This document shows, piece by piece, positions 9,557 through 19,458 of a stretch of 64,000 nucleotides of DNA. The translations under genes and the position numbers were made by a program. The DNA is from Polyangiaceae bacterium (lineage in GTDB: Bacteria > Myxococcota_A > Polyangia > Polyangiales > Polyangiaceae). Position 1 is the stretch's first letter; each line of letters opens with the position of its first letter. The notes beneath the pieces were generated by a model. The model saw only the letters and a list, made by a program, of their open reading frames with translations, did no database searches and was not told the origin of the DNA. Where the stretch lies: contig JBILLK010000007.1 in NCBI GenBank assembly GCA_044376115.1, positions 160,001-224,000 of the forward strand. The letters are read 5' to 3'.

Positions 9557-11440
9557 ATGCCACCGCCGAAAGTTACTCAGCTCCTCGCCGCCGGAATCCC
9601 GCGTTTCTTACACGAAGGAGACGTCGAGTCGGTCGCGTTCGCGCCCGACGGGAGAACGCTCCTCGCGTCCGATCCGTACGCGACGACAATGTGGAATCCG
9701 GCTTCCGGCAAAGTGAGGTGGCGCAAGGACGGTGGTGGTGTCGCCGCGTTCCTCGACGACGAGTACGTGCTGGTCAGCGGCTATTTCAACAGTACGATCT
9801 TTGCCGCCGCGAAAGGTGGAATCGTCTCGCAGCTGCCCTGGTTCGCTTCGCACGCGGTCGGTATTGCGTTGGAGGGCATAGCCGCTGCGCTCGCATTCCA
9901 TACGGCGCTCACGAACGAGAAAGGTGCTGGCCTAGTCGTCGTCGATGGAAAGGGCGCGATCATCGTCGCCGAAGGCCAACCGAGCACTCTCGACGCGATA
10001 GCTCCACTAGCCGAGATGCGACCAGCTCTGGTGGCCGCGAAGCTCGCAGCCTCTCCCGACGGAAAGATTTTGGTCGCGAGCGAGCGCCGACGCGAGCAGA
10101 GGACCACTCGTGCGCTCGCGTCGCGCACGCTCGAGGAGCATTGGCAGATCGACGTGGGTGGGGACATCGCTTTCTCGCCGGACGGCACGCTCCTCGGCCT
10201 CTGTGATCGCGGAGAGCTCATCTACCTCGATCCGCGGACCGGCAAGGAGCTTGCGCGCGCACCGCACAAGGACCTGCGGGCGTTTGCCTTCTCTGCCGAT
10301 GGGTCACGCGTCGCGCTAGCGAAGGCGCGTACGGTGGAAATCGTCGATGCGCGGAGTTTTACGACGCTGATGACACTGGAGCCATTCGGGATGGCCCCGG
10401 ATGGACGGATCACGGCGCTCGCTTTCTCGCCCGACGGCCAGCTCCTGGCGGTGGGTCTAACCGATCGAGTCACGCTCTTTGAGCTCGCGTCCCACGAGGA
10501 ACGCGGCTGCCCGGCCGGGCACGCGCGCGGAGTATGGGCGATCGCGCTGCCGGGCGAGGGCGTTGTCGTAACGCGTGGTGCGCACGAGACGAAGACCTGG
10601 CGAATCGCGTCGGGCGAGCTGCTCTCCACGCAATCACGCGCGGAGGAGATCAGGCCCATCCCGGCGCTCGCGGTGACGCCGGAGGGCGCCTTGCTCGACG
10701 CGGAGCCCGGCGCGATTCGCGTCAAGAATGCGCGCGGAGACGTCGCAGCGACACTCGAGCCGACGCCACCGATGCCTCTCGCCGCCGGGAAACTCCTGGT
10801 GGCGCCTCACGCAGGAACGGCTCTAGCAATGATTCCAGAGCAAGCCGAGGGCGGGCAAATCGCGACGCTGCGACTCTTCTCGCTGCAGACCTTCGCTCAG
10901 AGCGCCGCGTCCTCCAAGCTCTCCACCTGGCTCTCCTTCGACAGCGCGCTCGCCATCTCTCCAGACGGCACGCGCATCGCGGTGCCTCACTCCAGCCAGT
11001 ATGACGACACCTTCAGCCACAAGGTCGTCGTCCGCGACGCCGCCAGCGGCGAGGTGGTGGGCGAGACGGAAACCCGCGCCGTCGTGTCGCTCGCATTCCT
11101 GGACGCATCACGCTTGCTCGTGGCGACGCCCGGAACGCTCGAACTCTTCACCCTTGGCGGCGGCCTCGAGCGGATCACCCTCTCCGACGCCGCAGAGGGC
11201 AGCGACGACGACGACGAGCCCTATGCGACGCATATCGTCGTTTCGCCCAACGGCCGCCTCGTCGCGCTCGGCAACGAGGACGACGGCACGGTCCGCCTCT
11301 GCGAAGCCGGCCGATGGAACGAGGCTGTGCTCTGCGCGAAGCGTATCGCCGTGAGGGCCCTCTGCTTCTCCGCCGACTCGAGGACGCTTGCAGCTGGGCT
11401 ACGGGACGGCTCGCTGCGTGTGTGGTCAATCGACTCTTGA
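9557..11440 (+). CDS. WD40-repeat protein
   Basis: Multiple 'VAF(A/S)PDGxxL' blades, 'GHARGV', terminal 'DGSLRVW'. Confidence 0.8.
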   Translation: MPPPKVTQLLAAGIPRFLHEGDVESVAFAPDGRTLLASDPYATTMWNPASGKVRWRKDGGGVAAFLDDEYVLVSGYFNSTIFAAAKGGIVSQLPWFASHAVGIALEGIAAALAFHTALTNEKGAGLVVVDGKGAIIVAEGQPSTLDAIAPLAEMRPALVAAKLAASPDGKILVASERRREQRTTRALASRTLEEHWQIDVGGDIAFSPDGTLLGLCDRGELIYLDPRTGKELARAPHKDLRAFAFSADGSRVALAKARTVEIVDARSFTTLMTLEPFGMAPDGRITALAFSPDGQLLAVGLTDRVTLFELASHEERGCPAGHARGVWAIALPGEGVVVTRGAHETKTWRIASGELLSTQSRAEEIRPIPALAVTPEGALLDAEPGAIRVKNARGDVAATLEPTPPMPLAAGKLLVAPHAGTALAMIPEQAEGGQIATLRLFSLQTFAQSAASSKLSTWLSFDSALAISPDGTRIAVPHSSQYDDTFSHKVVVRDAASGEVVGETETRAVVSLAFLDASRLLVATPGTLELFTLGGGLERITLSDAAEGSDDDDEPYATHIVVSPNGRLVALGNEDDGTVRLCEAGRWNEAVLCAKRIAVRALCFSADSRTLAAGLRDGSLRVWSIDS

Positions 11441-11456
11441 ACGAGCGGAACCAGCT

Positions 11457-12527
11457 TCAACTGAGCTCGTCGATCTCCTTGAGCAGGTCGCGGAACGCGG
11501 CCGCATTCAGCTTCGAAGGGCCGGCGAGTTCGGCGCGCAAACGTGGACCGGCGATCAGGGGTGCGCGCAGCGCGTAGGTGCGGAGAAGCGCCAGCTCTTT
11601 TTTGCCCCGTACGCCTGGGACCAAGAGGTCGAATGCGCGCTCGGTCCCGAGGTTGCCGAACGCATGCAACAGTGACAGCCCCGAGTTCGTTGGTGTGCGC
11701 GCGGCCACGGCGAGCAGCGGGTCGATCGCGTCGTCCCCGAAGCGCGCGACGAGCGTCGTACAGGTGGCGATCCCCGAGCCACCTGCCTGAAAGTACCTTG
11801 TAGGCCGTCGGGGGTCGAAGTCCGCCGCGAGCATTCGCGACGTCCGGCACTCGTCGTAGCGGCCGTGCTCCTGGAAGTGAGCGAGCGCCTCCGTGGTGTC
11901 GATGGCTGCGACGGCGCGCGCAAAGTCGTGTCCGAGACGGCTTGCGCCTTGCGTCGTCATGACCGTTCGGTCCGCCTCGCCGGAGGCAGGGAAGAGGTAG
12001 GTGATCACCGCGCGGTGCATCTCGGCCAGGGGGCTCGCGACCGCAGCTTCACGCAACGCGGTCTCGGCGCTGGCCGCCTCCGATTCGCCGGCCGCCGCGA
12101 GATGCCAACCCAGCCTCTCCCACGCGGCCCATCGGGCCTGTCCAGGCAGGTCCCCCTTGCACTCCGAGAACGCTAAGACGAGCAGCGTGGCCGCAGTGAG
12201 ACCTCCCGTTGCGACCCAGTGATCGACCACGACGTCGAGCCCTTCGAAGACCCATTTCGCCGTCATGCTTACGAAGTAGGCATCTGCAACGACGAAGGCG
12301 ACCGCCAGCTCCGTGTCGCGATCCGCGAGCTCGGTTGGCGCAGCCTTCGACGCGAGCCGTGGCGCGGCTCGCTCGACGAGCGGGGCCTTCTCGCATTTGG
12401 TCTTCGTCGCGCGTTTGCGGACCGTGTTCCAGAGGACGCGCGCTTTGAGCGGGATCGGTTTAGCCCAGGAGCGCCTGGGGTGGAGCAGCGCGCGAGCGTC
12501 CTCGGGCCAATCAGCGGGGTTTTGCAC
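11457..12527 (-). CDS. Hypothetical alpha-helical protein
   Basis: 356-aa ORF with protein-like composition; N-terminal 'W..LLHPRR' loosely recalls DUF4132-family N-termini. Confidence 0.5.
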   Translation of the reverse strand: MQNPADWPEDARALLHPRRSWAKPIPLKARVLWNTVRKRATKTKCEKAPLVERAAPRLASKAAPTELADRDTELAVAFVVADAYFVSMTAKWVFEGLDVVVDHWVATGGLTAATLLVLAFSECKGDLPGQARWAAWERLGWHLAAAGESEAASAETALREAAVASPLAEMHRAVITYLFPASGEADRTVMTTQGASRLGHDFARAVAAIDTTEALAHFQEHGRYDECRTSRMLAADFDPRRPTRYFQAGGSGIATCTTLVARFGDDAIDPLLAVAARTPTNSGLSLLHAFGNLGTERAFDLLVPGVRGKKELALLRTYALRAPLIAGPRLRAELAGPSKLNAAAFRDLLKEIDELS

Positions 12528-12551
12528 GAATACGTCCTTGATGGTGAAGGC

Positions 12552-13166
12552 TCAGTCCTTCTTGTACTTCACGCTCTCGCACATTGCGCGGAGCTCCTCG
12601 GCGCGCTTCATCTCGCCGGAGCATCTCCACCCGATGGTGTCGTTCGGAACGATGGCGACCATCGAGAATCCACCGGTCTTTTGCGACTCGTAGATCACGA
12701 AGTGAGCTTCGCCGATCTGCTTCTTCTCGAGCACCTTGGTCGCGATGTTCCGTTCGATGTAGGAGTCGACGGAGGAGAACTTCGGGAAGGTGTTCGATAA
12801 GGCGAGCGTGGCGTCGGCGTCGCCGAGATACTCGGGGTTCTTCACGGGGTACTGCGGCTTGTGGAGATCCGCGGGCATGGTCACCTCCCACGAGACGCCG
12901 TTCATCGAGACCTTCTCGACGATCGTCGCCACCTTGGCGGCCGCGGGGGCGCCGCTGGTCGCGGAAGCGGCTGAGGACGCGGCGGGCGCGCCGCTGGCCG
13001 AGGAGGTGGCGGGTGTCGCCTCGCCGCCACAGGCCGGGAGGGCGAATACGAGGGCGAGGAGCAGGCTGGAGCGCGTCGCGCGCGGGCATGCCACGCGACG
13101 GTTGACGCTGCTGCTCTTCGATTCGTGCGGGGCTGTGCTGTTTTGGTTGGGCTTCTCGGCGGGCAT
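12552..13166 (-). CDS. Hypothetical lipoprotein
   Basis: 'LLLALVFALPAC' lipobox; Ala/Ser linker; small globular C-terminal domain. Confidence 0.6.
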   Translation of the reverse strand: MPAEKPNQNSTAPHESKSSSVNRRVACPRATRSSLLLALVFALPACGGEATPATSSASGAPAASSAASATSGAPAAAKVATIVEKVSMNGVSWEVTMPADLHKPQYPVKNPEYLGDADATLALSNTFPKFSSVDSYIERNIATKVLEKKQIGEAHFVIYESQKTGGFSMVAIVPNDTIGWRCSGEMKRAEELRAMCESVKYKKD

Positions 13167-13276
13167 CGTGGCACTCCTTCGAGTGCCGGAACCTACTAAT
13201 TGGCGCGAGTGTCGCAATTCATAGATTCGGACACGAGGGCCCCCTTAGGCTCGCCCGGCTTTGTCCGTTAGTTTCT

Positions 13277-13711
13277 TTGATGCTGCGTCGGTTTTGCGCG
13301 CTTGGGTTGTTGGTCGTGCTCACCTCGTGTGGCGCAAGCACGCCTCATACTGCCGAACGCATCACCAAGGTGCCGCCTTACGTTTTGACGGCCGAGGATC
13401 TGCGGTACCGCATGCGGCGCTTGGGCAGCGAATTGTGGGTGAATACGCAGGGCGTGCTGGTTCACGGGGTGTGCGTGAGCTCGTGTGAAACCAACGTCGG
13501 CGGCAAGTGCGTCGCGCTGATCAACGACGAGCCCGACGGGGTCAAACCGATCGCGGTGCTGATCGAGTCGAGCCAGCTCGAGCCCGGAAAACGTTACGTT
13601 CTGCAAGGCTCGGTCGAGCCCAACTCATCGGTGCGCGGCCATTGGCTACTGCGCGCCCAGGTGCTCGCCGAGGTGGCGAGCAAGCCCGAGGTCGCGAGCA
13701 AGTCGCACTGA
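13277..13711 (+). CDS. Hypothetical lipoprotein
   Basis: 'LLVVLTSC' lipobox; beta-rich, possibly OB-like domain. Confidence 0.55.
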   Translation: MMLRRFCALGLLVVLTSCGASTPHTAERITKVPPYVLTAEDLRYRMRRLGSELWVNTQGVLVHGVCVSSCETNVGGKCVALINDEPDGVKPIAVLIESSQLEPGKRYVLQGSVEPNSSVRGHWLLRAQVLAEVASKPEVASKSH

Positions 13712-13761
13712 GAGAGCGCTCGGGTCGCCGCCAGCTCCCAACGCGACGCTGCAGCTCCCGG

Positions 13762-14148
13762 TCAGCGTTTCGGCGTTTCGAACTGAAAGACGATCTCGGT
13801 TTGCCGTACGAGTCCGAGGTCGTCGCGTGCGATGCGTTCGAGCGCGGCCGGATCGTCGCGCAGCCGGGCCGCAGCCCCGCGGCGTTCTTCGAGTTCGTGC
13901 GCCAGTTCGCGGTTCTCGGCCTCGACGGCGGCGAGTTCGCGCTCGAGGCCGCGCAAGCGCGGCAGCCCCTCGGGCGAGAAGATCATCACCGGCGCGCCGA
14001 TCAGCGCCACCACCAGCACGCCGATCGGCAGCCCGCGCTCGACCCACTGGCGCACCTTGTCGGAGAGCGAGCTGCGCTCGACGCTCGGCTCTCGCGGCGG
14101 GCTCGAGTTCGGGCGGCCTTTGGACTTCGGGGCTTTGCCAAGTTCCAC
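13762..14148 (-). CDS. ftsB: Septum formation initiator (FtsB/DivIC family)
   Basis: Single TM, coiled coil, then 'LERIARDDLGLVRQTEIVF' DivIC signature; start uncertain (14055-14148). Confidence 0.75.
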   Translation of the reverse strand: MELGKAPKSKGRPNSSPPREPSVERSSLSDKVRQWVERGLPIGVLVVALIGAPVMIFSPEGLPRLRGLERELAAVEAENRELAHELEERRGAAARLRDDPAALERIARDDLGLVRQTEIVFQFETPKR

Positions 14149-14230
14149 AACCGGGCCTTGTGCCGGCTGGGCGCCCGCTGGGCCAAGTTTGTCGTAGGTT
14201 CTGCCGCTTGCGAGGGCTAGTCTTGGCCCC

Positions 14231-15508
14231 GTGACGCTCGAGTTATCGCGCCGGTTGCTTGCGACTGGAACCATTTCGGCGCGCGACGTGGAAGCCACGC
14301 TCTATCTCTCGGTGGTGCGCGGTGTGTCGGTGCCGCGGGCCCTCGTTGACCGCGGGATCATGAGTGAACGCGCGCTCGAGGAGGAGCTCAGTCGACGCTC
14401 CGGAGCGCCGTATCGACAGGTGCAGGCGGACGCGTCGCTGGTGGCGCGCTTGCCGCGTGGGCTGTGTCGCATGTTGGCCGCGGTACCGCTCGGGACCGAC
14501 GCGGCCGGCGTGGTTGAGTTGGCCGTGGTCGATCCGCTCGACGGCCATGTAGCGAGCGAGTTCGGCTTTCACTTGGGGGCCAACGTGCGCGTTCGCCGCG
14601 CGACCATGGTCGCAGTGGAAGAGGCCATTCGTGGCATGGAGCTCGCGCACGCCACCCCTGGCACGCGAGGCCGCCGACGCACGCCGGCCTTCCCGCACGG
14701 TGCACCCGAATCGGTGCCGCCCTCGCAGCCGCCGCCGTCGCAATCCCAGCCGGAAGACGTGCCCATTCCGCTCGTGCGGCGGGCTCCGATTGCGGCGGCT
14801 CAAGGCGAAGTCAGCTTGGAGGCGTTTCCATCGCACGAGCGCCGCTCGGTCAGCTTTCCGACCCTTCCGCCAGCGCCGCTCGTTCCAAGCGGCGCCGAGG
14901 ACGCGCTTGCTCAGCCCCCCGATAGCGAGGATCTCGAAGGGCCAACGATGGGGGAGGAGGACCCAACGCCGATCGATTCGGTCTATCCCACGCCGTCCGG
15001 GCCGTTCCCACCCACGTTACCGCGCACCCGGGAGGCCGGCTGGGTTCCGACGTTGCCCGAGCTGCTCGAGCTGATCGGGCGCGCGCGCGATCGCGATGAC
15101 CTGATCGATCTGGTGCTGCGCGCGAGCACCTTGGTGGCGCAACGAGCGGCGATCTTCGTGATGCGCAAAGAGGGCTTCGTCGGGTGGGTTTGCAACCCGG
15201 CCTTCGGTTCGGAGGAGGATCTGCGCACCGTGACCATCCGCGGCAACGAGCCGAGCGTGCTGGCGACGAGCGCTGCGGCAGGCTTCTATTTGGGGCCCAT
15301 CCCGCAAACGGCCGTTCATCAAGGCCTCCTGCGCGTGATGGGCCGGGCGAGCACCGACGTCGCGGTCTACGTCGTCAAGCTGCGCACCCGACCGACGATC
15401 CTGATCGTCGCCGACGAGCTCGACGACACGCTGATGGGCACCCGCGCACTCGGCGAGATCACCAAGCGCTGCGGCGAGGCGCTAGCGCGGCTCTTGTCCC
15501 AGCGTTGA
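14231..15508 (+). CDS. GspE/PilB N-terminal (MshEN/T2SSE_N)-like domain protein without ATPase
   Basis: 'LSRRLLATGTIS', 'AAVPL...LAVVDPLD...LGANV' T2SSE_N-like; Pro-rich linker; GAF-like C-terminal domain; no Walker A. Confidence 0.65.
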   Translation: MTLELSRRLLATGTISARDVEATLYLSVVRGVSVPRALVDRGIMSERALEEELSRRSGAPYRQVQADASLVARLPRGLCRMLAAVPLGTDAAGVVELAVVDPLDGHVASEFGFHLGANVRVRRATMVAVEEAIRGMELAHATPGTRGRRRTPAFPHGAPESVPPSQPPPSQSQPEDVPIPLVRRAPIAAAQGEVSLEAFPSHERRSVSFPTLPPAPLVPSGAEDALAQPPDSEDLEGPTMGEEDPTPIDSVYPTPSGPFPPTLPRTREAGWVPTLPELLELIGRARDRDDLIDLVLRASTLVAQRAAIFVMRKEGFVGWVCNPAFGSEEDLRTVTIRGNEPSVLATSAAAGFYLGPIPQTAVHQGLLRVMGRASTDVAVYVVKLRTRPTILIVADELDDTLMGTRALGEITKRCGEALARLLSQR

Positions 15509-15522
15509 GTCGGGAGCCAATC

Positions 15523-16116
15523 TCACTTCATCGTGCCCTCAATGAAGGCGCGCCCTACTTGCTCGATTTTTGCCACGACCTTACCGGCACCACACCAGAA
15601 CACCTCGCGACCGTCGGGGCGCCGCAGCGAGAAGGTTCCTCCGCTGAGTTTCGCAGCCAGCGGCGGGCCGTCCATCCATGGCTTCTGAAGTTGCACGGCG
15701 AACGCCTCTGCGTCGGCGGCCGTGTCGAACATTTGAACGTAGCAAACCTCGTGTTGGTTGCCGGGCGGTCGCACCCATACGAGACACCAGGCGTTGACCT
15801 CAACGAGTCGTTCCCCGCCGTAGTGTCTGCGCTCGAACACGATCGTCTCGCCGAACTTACGGAACTCGCCAGCCAACCGGTTGCAAAGATCGAGCGCGTG
15901 AGCCTGCGGATCGCTGGGAAACCGGTCGGCGTCGACGGGTTCCGGGGGAGGCCGAACCTCCGCCGCTGCGACGCTGGGGGCGAGGGTCGCAGTGGACCTG
16001 TCGGCCGCAGTCGCTGACGCAACCGGGGCGAAGCTTGGTTGACGCGGCGGCTCCGCGTGCAGACATGCGCACAGCCAAAGCATGGCGAGCGTAATCCGCA
16101 TTCGAGCGGTCTTCAC
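15523..16116 (-). CDS. Hypothetical exported/lipoprotein
   Basis: Signal ending LCAC; Pro/Ala linker. Confidence 0.5.
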   Translation of the reverse strand: MKTARMRITLAMLWLCACLHAEPPRQPSFAPVASATAADRSTATLAPSVAAAEVRPPPEPVDADRFPSDPQAHALDLCNRLAGEFRKFGETIVFERRHYGGERLVEVNAWCLVWVRPPGNQHEVCYVQMFDTAADAEAFAVQLQKPWMDGPPLAAKLSGGTFSLRRPDGREVFWCGAGKVVAKIEQVGRAFIEGTMK

Positions 16117-16219
16117 GTGACGAGCGTAGCTCGCGCTTGCCCATCGATGTCACGCGACGTTCGCTGCTTTGGTTCGCCGACTCTTGTTCAATAGCTCGAG
16201 TCCAGCGTAGTCTTTCGCC

Positions 16220-17617
16220 ATGCGCAGCATCGTCGGGTTCGGGAGCATCGCTGTTTTGGTTGTCGCCTGCGGTGACAGTGCGGGCAGCGGCGGCAGCGGT
16301 GGCGGCGGCGGTAGTGAGGGCGGGGCTGGCGGTGCCTCCACCTCGGGCGTGACCTTCCACAAGGACGTCGAGCCGATTCTGCAGGCCTCCTGTCTCGGTT
16401 GTCACTACGAGGGGCGCATCGGCGGCTTCTCGCTCGAGACCTACGAGCAGGCGGCGCCGCTTGCCTCGATGATCGCGGCGGTCACCGCCTCCGGTCAGAT
16501 GCCACCGTGGCACGCGAAGACCACCGACGAATGTCAGCCGCGCTTCGAGTATCGCGACAATCCGTCGCTCAGCGCCGAGACAATCGCGACGTTGCAAGCT
16601 TGGGCCGACGCAGAAGCTCCGCGCGGTAACCCCGCCGACGCGCCGCCCACCTTCAAGCCGGCCGAGCTCGGTTTGCCCAACTCGGATCTCGATATCGAGG
16701 CGCCAGTAGCGACCACGGTGGAAGGGGACTCGGACCAGTTCGTGTGCCTGATCCACGACCCCAAGCTCGACCAAAAGCGTTACCTCGACGGTATGAACAT
16801 CGTGCCGGGCAACGAGAAGGTCGCTCATCACGCGCTGATGTTCCGCTTGACGCGGGCCGACGCGCTGGAGCTATCGGGCGGTGGGGATTCGTTCCCGTGT
16901 TTCGGCGCACCTCCCGGCGATTTGGTGCAGGCGTGGGCGCCCGGCGCGCAGCCGCTTCAGCTACCGCAGAACGTCGGGTTGGCGATGGACGCCGACGACG
17001 TGATCGTCGTGCAAATGCACTACCACCCGACCGGCGTCGGGCCCGAGCAAGACCGCTCGACGATCCAGATGCGCTTCATGGATTCCACCCCGGCCTACAC
17101 CTTCGAGATGGCGCTTGTCGGCAACGCGACCAACGCGCCCGAGCTCTTGGCCGGTCCGAACGATGCGGGCGGTCCTGAGTTCAAGGTGCCCGCCGGCGCA
17201 ACCGACCACACCGAGGCGATGGAGTTCACCGTGCCCGACCTTCCGATTCGCATCCCGATCTTGGTGGTCGGAACCCACATGCACTACGTCGGCGTCGGCG
17301 CGCGCTTCAGCATCGAACGTAAAGCCCCCGGCGACGAGCCGAAGGACGAGTGCTTCGTCGAGACCCCGCGCTGGGACTTCAATTGGCAACGCGGCTACAT
17401 GTACGACGCCGCCATCAAAGATCTCCCGACGCTCGGCAGCGGAGATACCCTGCGGATGGACTGCAACTACGACAACTCGATGTCGAACCCCTTGCTCGCC
17501 AAGGCGCTCGCCTCCGAGGGCATGAGCGCTCCGCAAGAGGTCCGTCTGGGCGAAGAGACGCTTGACGAGATGTGCCTCGGCGTCCTCGGTATCTTGGTCC
17601 CCAACGTCGGTAACTGA
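16220..17617 (+). CDS. Lipoprotein with c-type heme domain and copper type II monooxygenase (PHM/DBH)-like domain
   Basis: LVVAC lipobox; CLGCH and distal 'GQMPPW'; Cu-ligand motifs 'AHHAL', 'MHYH', 'THMH', 'DEMC'; 'WDFNWQ'. Confidence 0.8.
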   Translation: MRSIVGFGSIAVLVVACGDSAGSGGSGGGGGSEGGAGGASTSGVTFHKDVEPILQASCLGCHYEGRIGGFSLETYEQAAPLASMIAAVTASGQMPPWHAKTTDECQPRFEYRDNPSLSAETIATLQAWADAEAPRGNPADAPPTFKPAELGLPNSDLDIEAPVATTVEGDSDQFVCLIHDPKLDQKRYLDGMNIVPGNEKVAHHALMFRLTRADALELSGGGDSFPCFGAPPGDLVQAWAPGAQPLQLPQNVGLAMDADDVIVVQMHYHPTGVGPEQDRSTIQMRFMDSTPAYTFEMALVGNATNAPELLAGPNDAGGPEFKVPAGATDHTEAMEFTVPDLPIRIPILVVGTHMHYVGVGARFSIERKAPGDEPKDECFVETPRWDFNWQRGYMYDAAIKDLPTLGSGDTLRMDCNYDNSMSNPLLAKALASEGMSAPQEVRLGEETLDEMCLGVLGILVPNVGN

Positions 17618-17636
17618 CGCCGGTCGCGGCTCCGTT

Positions 17637-18686
17637 CTAGCCCAGCTTGACCTCGGCCACGCTGGGCGCCTCTTTGGCACGGGCTTCAAATAGGCTGTGC
17701 GCCCGCGCGCGAAGGGCGCGCATACGCCCCGCCGCTTCGGTGACGCGAGTGCGAAAGGCCGCGCTCTTTTCGAGCTCATGCAGCAGGCCTTCGAAGGCCG
17801 CCTCGCTGTGTTCCTCCTCTTTGCAAACCAGCACCGAATCACAGCCGGCGGCCACCGCGAGCACGGCCGATTCGGCGGGCGGATGAAGATCCAGCACGGC
17901 GCGCATCTCGAGATCATCGCTGAACAGCACGCCGTCGTAACCAAGCTCCTTGCGCAATAGCTCGGTCATCACCGCCGGCGAGAGCGTCGCTGGCCCTTGC
18001 GCAAGCGCCTCCACCACGATGTGCGCGCTCATCATCGAATCGAGCTTGGCCTGCGCGGCTGCGCGAAACGGCAACAGCTCCACCGCCTCCAAGCGAGCGC
18101 GCGCATGGCGAATCACCGGCAGATCGAAGTGGCTGTCTTTGTCGGTGTCTCCATGTCCGGGAAAATGTTTGCCGCAGGCCAGCACACCGCCCTGATTGAG
18201 TCCGCGCGCAAAGGCCAGCCCGAAGCGCGCGACCTCGGTCGCATCGGTGCTGAACGAGCGATCGCCGATCACAGGATTTGCGGGGTTGGAATCGACGTCG
18301 AGCACCGGCGCAAAATTGAGGTTCACACCCAGCTCGGCGAGCCGCGCGCCGATCGCCAGCCCCGAGCGTTCAATCAGCGCCTCGTCGTTGCGCTGCCCGA
18401 GCGCGCGCATCGGCCCGAGCACCGGCTCCGGCTTGGGCAGGCGGCTCACGCGACCGCCCTCTTCGTCGATCGCGATCAGGAGCGGCGGCTCACTGCTCGG
18501 CCGTTCGGCTTGCACCGAGGTGCACAGCGCTCGCAGTTGTTCGGCGCTGTGGAGGTTGCGCCGAAACAGAATCACGCCGGCTCGCCTACCGCTGCGCAGC
18601 CCAGCTTTGAGCGCCGGAGTAAGCTCCTCGGCCGGAAAGCCCACCACCAAGAGTTGCCCGGCCAGAGCCGCGAGCGAGTCAGTCAT
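17637..18686 (-). CDS. nagZ: Beta-N-acetylhexosaminidase (GH3)
   Basis: 'IAIDEEGGRVSRL', 'NFAPVLD', 'KHFPGHG..DSH', 'SDDLEM'. Confidence 0.93.
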   Translation of the reverse strand: MTDSLAALAGQLLVVGFPAEELTPALKAGLRSGRRAGVILFRRNLHSAEQLRALCTSVQAERPSSEPPLLIAIDEEGGRVSRLPKPEPVLGPMRALGQRNDEALIERSGLAIGARLAELGVNLNFAPVLDVDSNPANPVIGDRSFSTDATEVARFGLAFARGLNQGGVLACGKHFPGHGDTDKDSHFDLPVIRHARARLEAVELLPFRAAAQAKLDSMMSAHIVVEALAQGPATLSPAVMTELLRKELGYDGVLFSDDLEMRAVLDLHPPAESAVLAVAAGCDSVLVCKEEEHSEAAFEGLLHELEKSAAFRTRVTEAAGRMRALRARAHSLFEARAKEAPSVAEVKLG

Positions 18687-18696
18687 GCGGGCGGGT

Positions 18697-19458
18697 TTAC
18701 GGAGATTCCGCAGCTTTGTCGACAAAAGTGACGACGTTGCGTTCGCCCGTATCGCCGGCGTCGGCAAACAGCCGCACGCAGGCGATCTGCGCCGACGCGA
18801 GCACCGGCTCGAGCTCGGCGGGCAGCTCGGCTCGAAAGGTCTCGCGCGAGCGCGCCGAAAGCAGCACCAGCGGCCTGCCGGCCACGCGCACAAACGCCTC
18901 TGGCCTTTGTTGCGCGGCCTGCTCGACCCAGGCCAACTCCTCGGCGTTCGTTACCTCGGGCGCCAAGAGCAGCGCCTGATCCTGCGCCGCGCTGAGCAGC
19001 GTGTCCCAAGCGAAATCGGCGCGTGCTGCAGCGTTGAGCAGCGGCGCGATACCGCGTGCTCCGCAGGCGCGCGCCTCAGCAAGTTGGGTGACGCCCACAA
19101 AGCAATCCCACGCCAAAAGCGGAACGGCTGGGTCCTTGGCCAAGCTGCGTAACCAAGCGAAGCTGCCACCGAAGTGTAGCCCCTCGGTGGTCGCGAGCCG
19201 AAGCGAGGCCTGCTCCCACGCCTCGGCGCCGCGCGGGCTCCCAAGCGATGGCGCGCCTTCCTCCTCGAACGGCGTGCGCAGACATCGAAGGACGACGCTC
19301 GGCTCAAGGAGCTCGGCGAACTCCAGCGGCGCGCCGACTTCACTGCCGGCCGGCTTGCGACCGATGGGCGGCGCCGCGCCGAGGCGTGCTTCACGCGCTT
19401 CGGCGAAGCGGACCATCTTCTCGATCGCGCCCCAGCGTCGTGCTCGCGGCGCGCTCAT
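18697..19458 (-). CDS. Degenerate indole-3-glycerol-phosphate synthase (TrpC)-like protein
   Basis: 'HFGGSF..LR...PLLAWDCFV...QLAEARACGA.GI' aligns by eye with TrpC but the RKDF lysine is lost; ATGA overlap with the upstream trpG/pabA. Confidence 0.65.
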   Translation of the reverse strand: MSAPRARRWGAIEKMVRFAEAREARLGAAPPIGRKPAGSEVGAPLEFAELLEPSVVLRCLRTPFEEEGAPSLGSPRGAEAWEQASLRLATTEGLHFGGSFAWLRSLAKDPAVPLLAWDCFVGVTQLAEARACGARGIAPLLNAAARADFAWDTLLSAAQDQALLLAPEVTNAEELAWVEQAAQQRPEAFVRVAGRPLVLLSARSRETFRAELPAELEPVLASAQIACVRLFADAGDTGERNVVTFVDKAAESP

